This document shows positions 63,808 through 64,000 of a stretch of 64,000 nt of DNA, piece after piece. Made by a program: the position numbers and the translations under genes. The stretch comes from a virus. The notes under the pieces are model-generated. The model saw only the letters and a list, made by a program, of their open reading frames with translations, ran no database searches and was not told the DNA's origin. The stretch is from positions 1,877 through 65,876 of IMG/VR virus record IMGVR_UViG_3300020021_000003; one strand, 5' to 3'. How positions within the stretch are numbered: position 1 is the first letter of the stretch; every line of letters begins with the position of its first letter.

Positions 63808-64000
63808 CAATAGGGAGGGTGGACTCAGGGACCACCTAAGGGGTCAGAGGCTCTGAGAGAGCCCTACAGAGCCGTTGTGAGGCTACTTGTGGGCAGAGGC
63901 ACCATGGCCGAACTCGCTAGCAGCAATCGCACGGCGTTGACGCTCGGCCATTTGACGTGTCTGTGGTTTCTTGCTATAAGTCTTGCCTGTATCCTTGTTC

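Noticed and set aside
1-64000. Prophage, temperate lifestyle, or diversity-generating retroelement
   Set aside because: No integrase, repressor cassette, host genes or reverse transcriptase are in this window, and the rest of the genome cannot be judged from here.

Overview
This is a 64-kb slice of a large contractile-tailed (myovirus-type) dsDNA phage. An actinomycete host, probably Streptomyces, is inferred from gene content, not proven. It has four blocks. (1) 1-33.1 kb, minus strand: the virion module (tail fibres, baseplate, tape measure, chaperone, tube, sheath, neck, capsid, scaffold, portal, terminase), then nucleotide and phosphoesterase genes. (2) 33.3-44.8 kb, minus strand: an RNA ligase and 31 largely canonical tRNA genes, with atypical tRNA-like elements and structured spacers. 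(3) 44.9-50.2 kb: a small regulator, two HNH genes, a broken HAD phosphatase and an RNase AS-like exonuclease. (4) 51-64 kb, plus strand: a visibly more GC-rich early-type region of small unknown genes with strong TTGACA promoters and leader hairpins. Two observations stand out. First, two independent HNH cassettes each sit in the anticodon loop of a tRNA gene (Arg-ACG and an initiator-type Met), and each carries its own divergent replacement tRNA with the same anticodon. Second, there is an 80-nt mini-tmRNA made only of the tRNA-like domain. Also notable are a +1 frameshift candidate in the tail chaperone, an Acb2/Tad1-like candidate sponge inside the head operon, tRNA-Ile(UAU), and a 13-bp operator shared by two divergent promoters. 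No integrase, DNA polymerase, endolysin or CRISPR array is visible. All structures were folded by eye, and family assignments come from motif recognition, not database searches.
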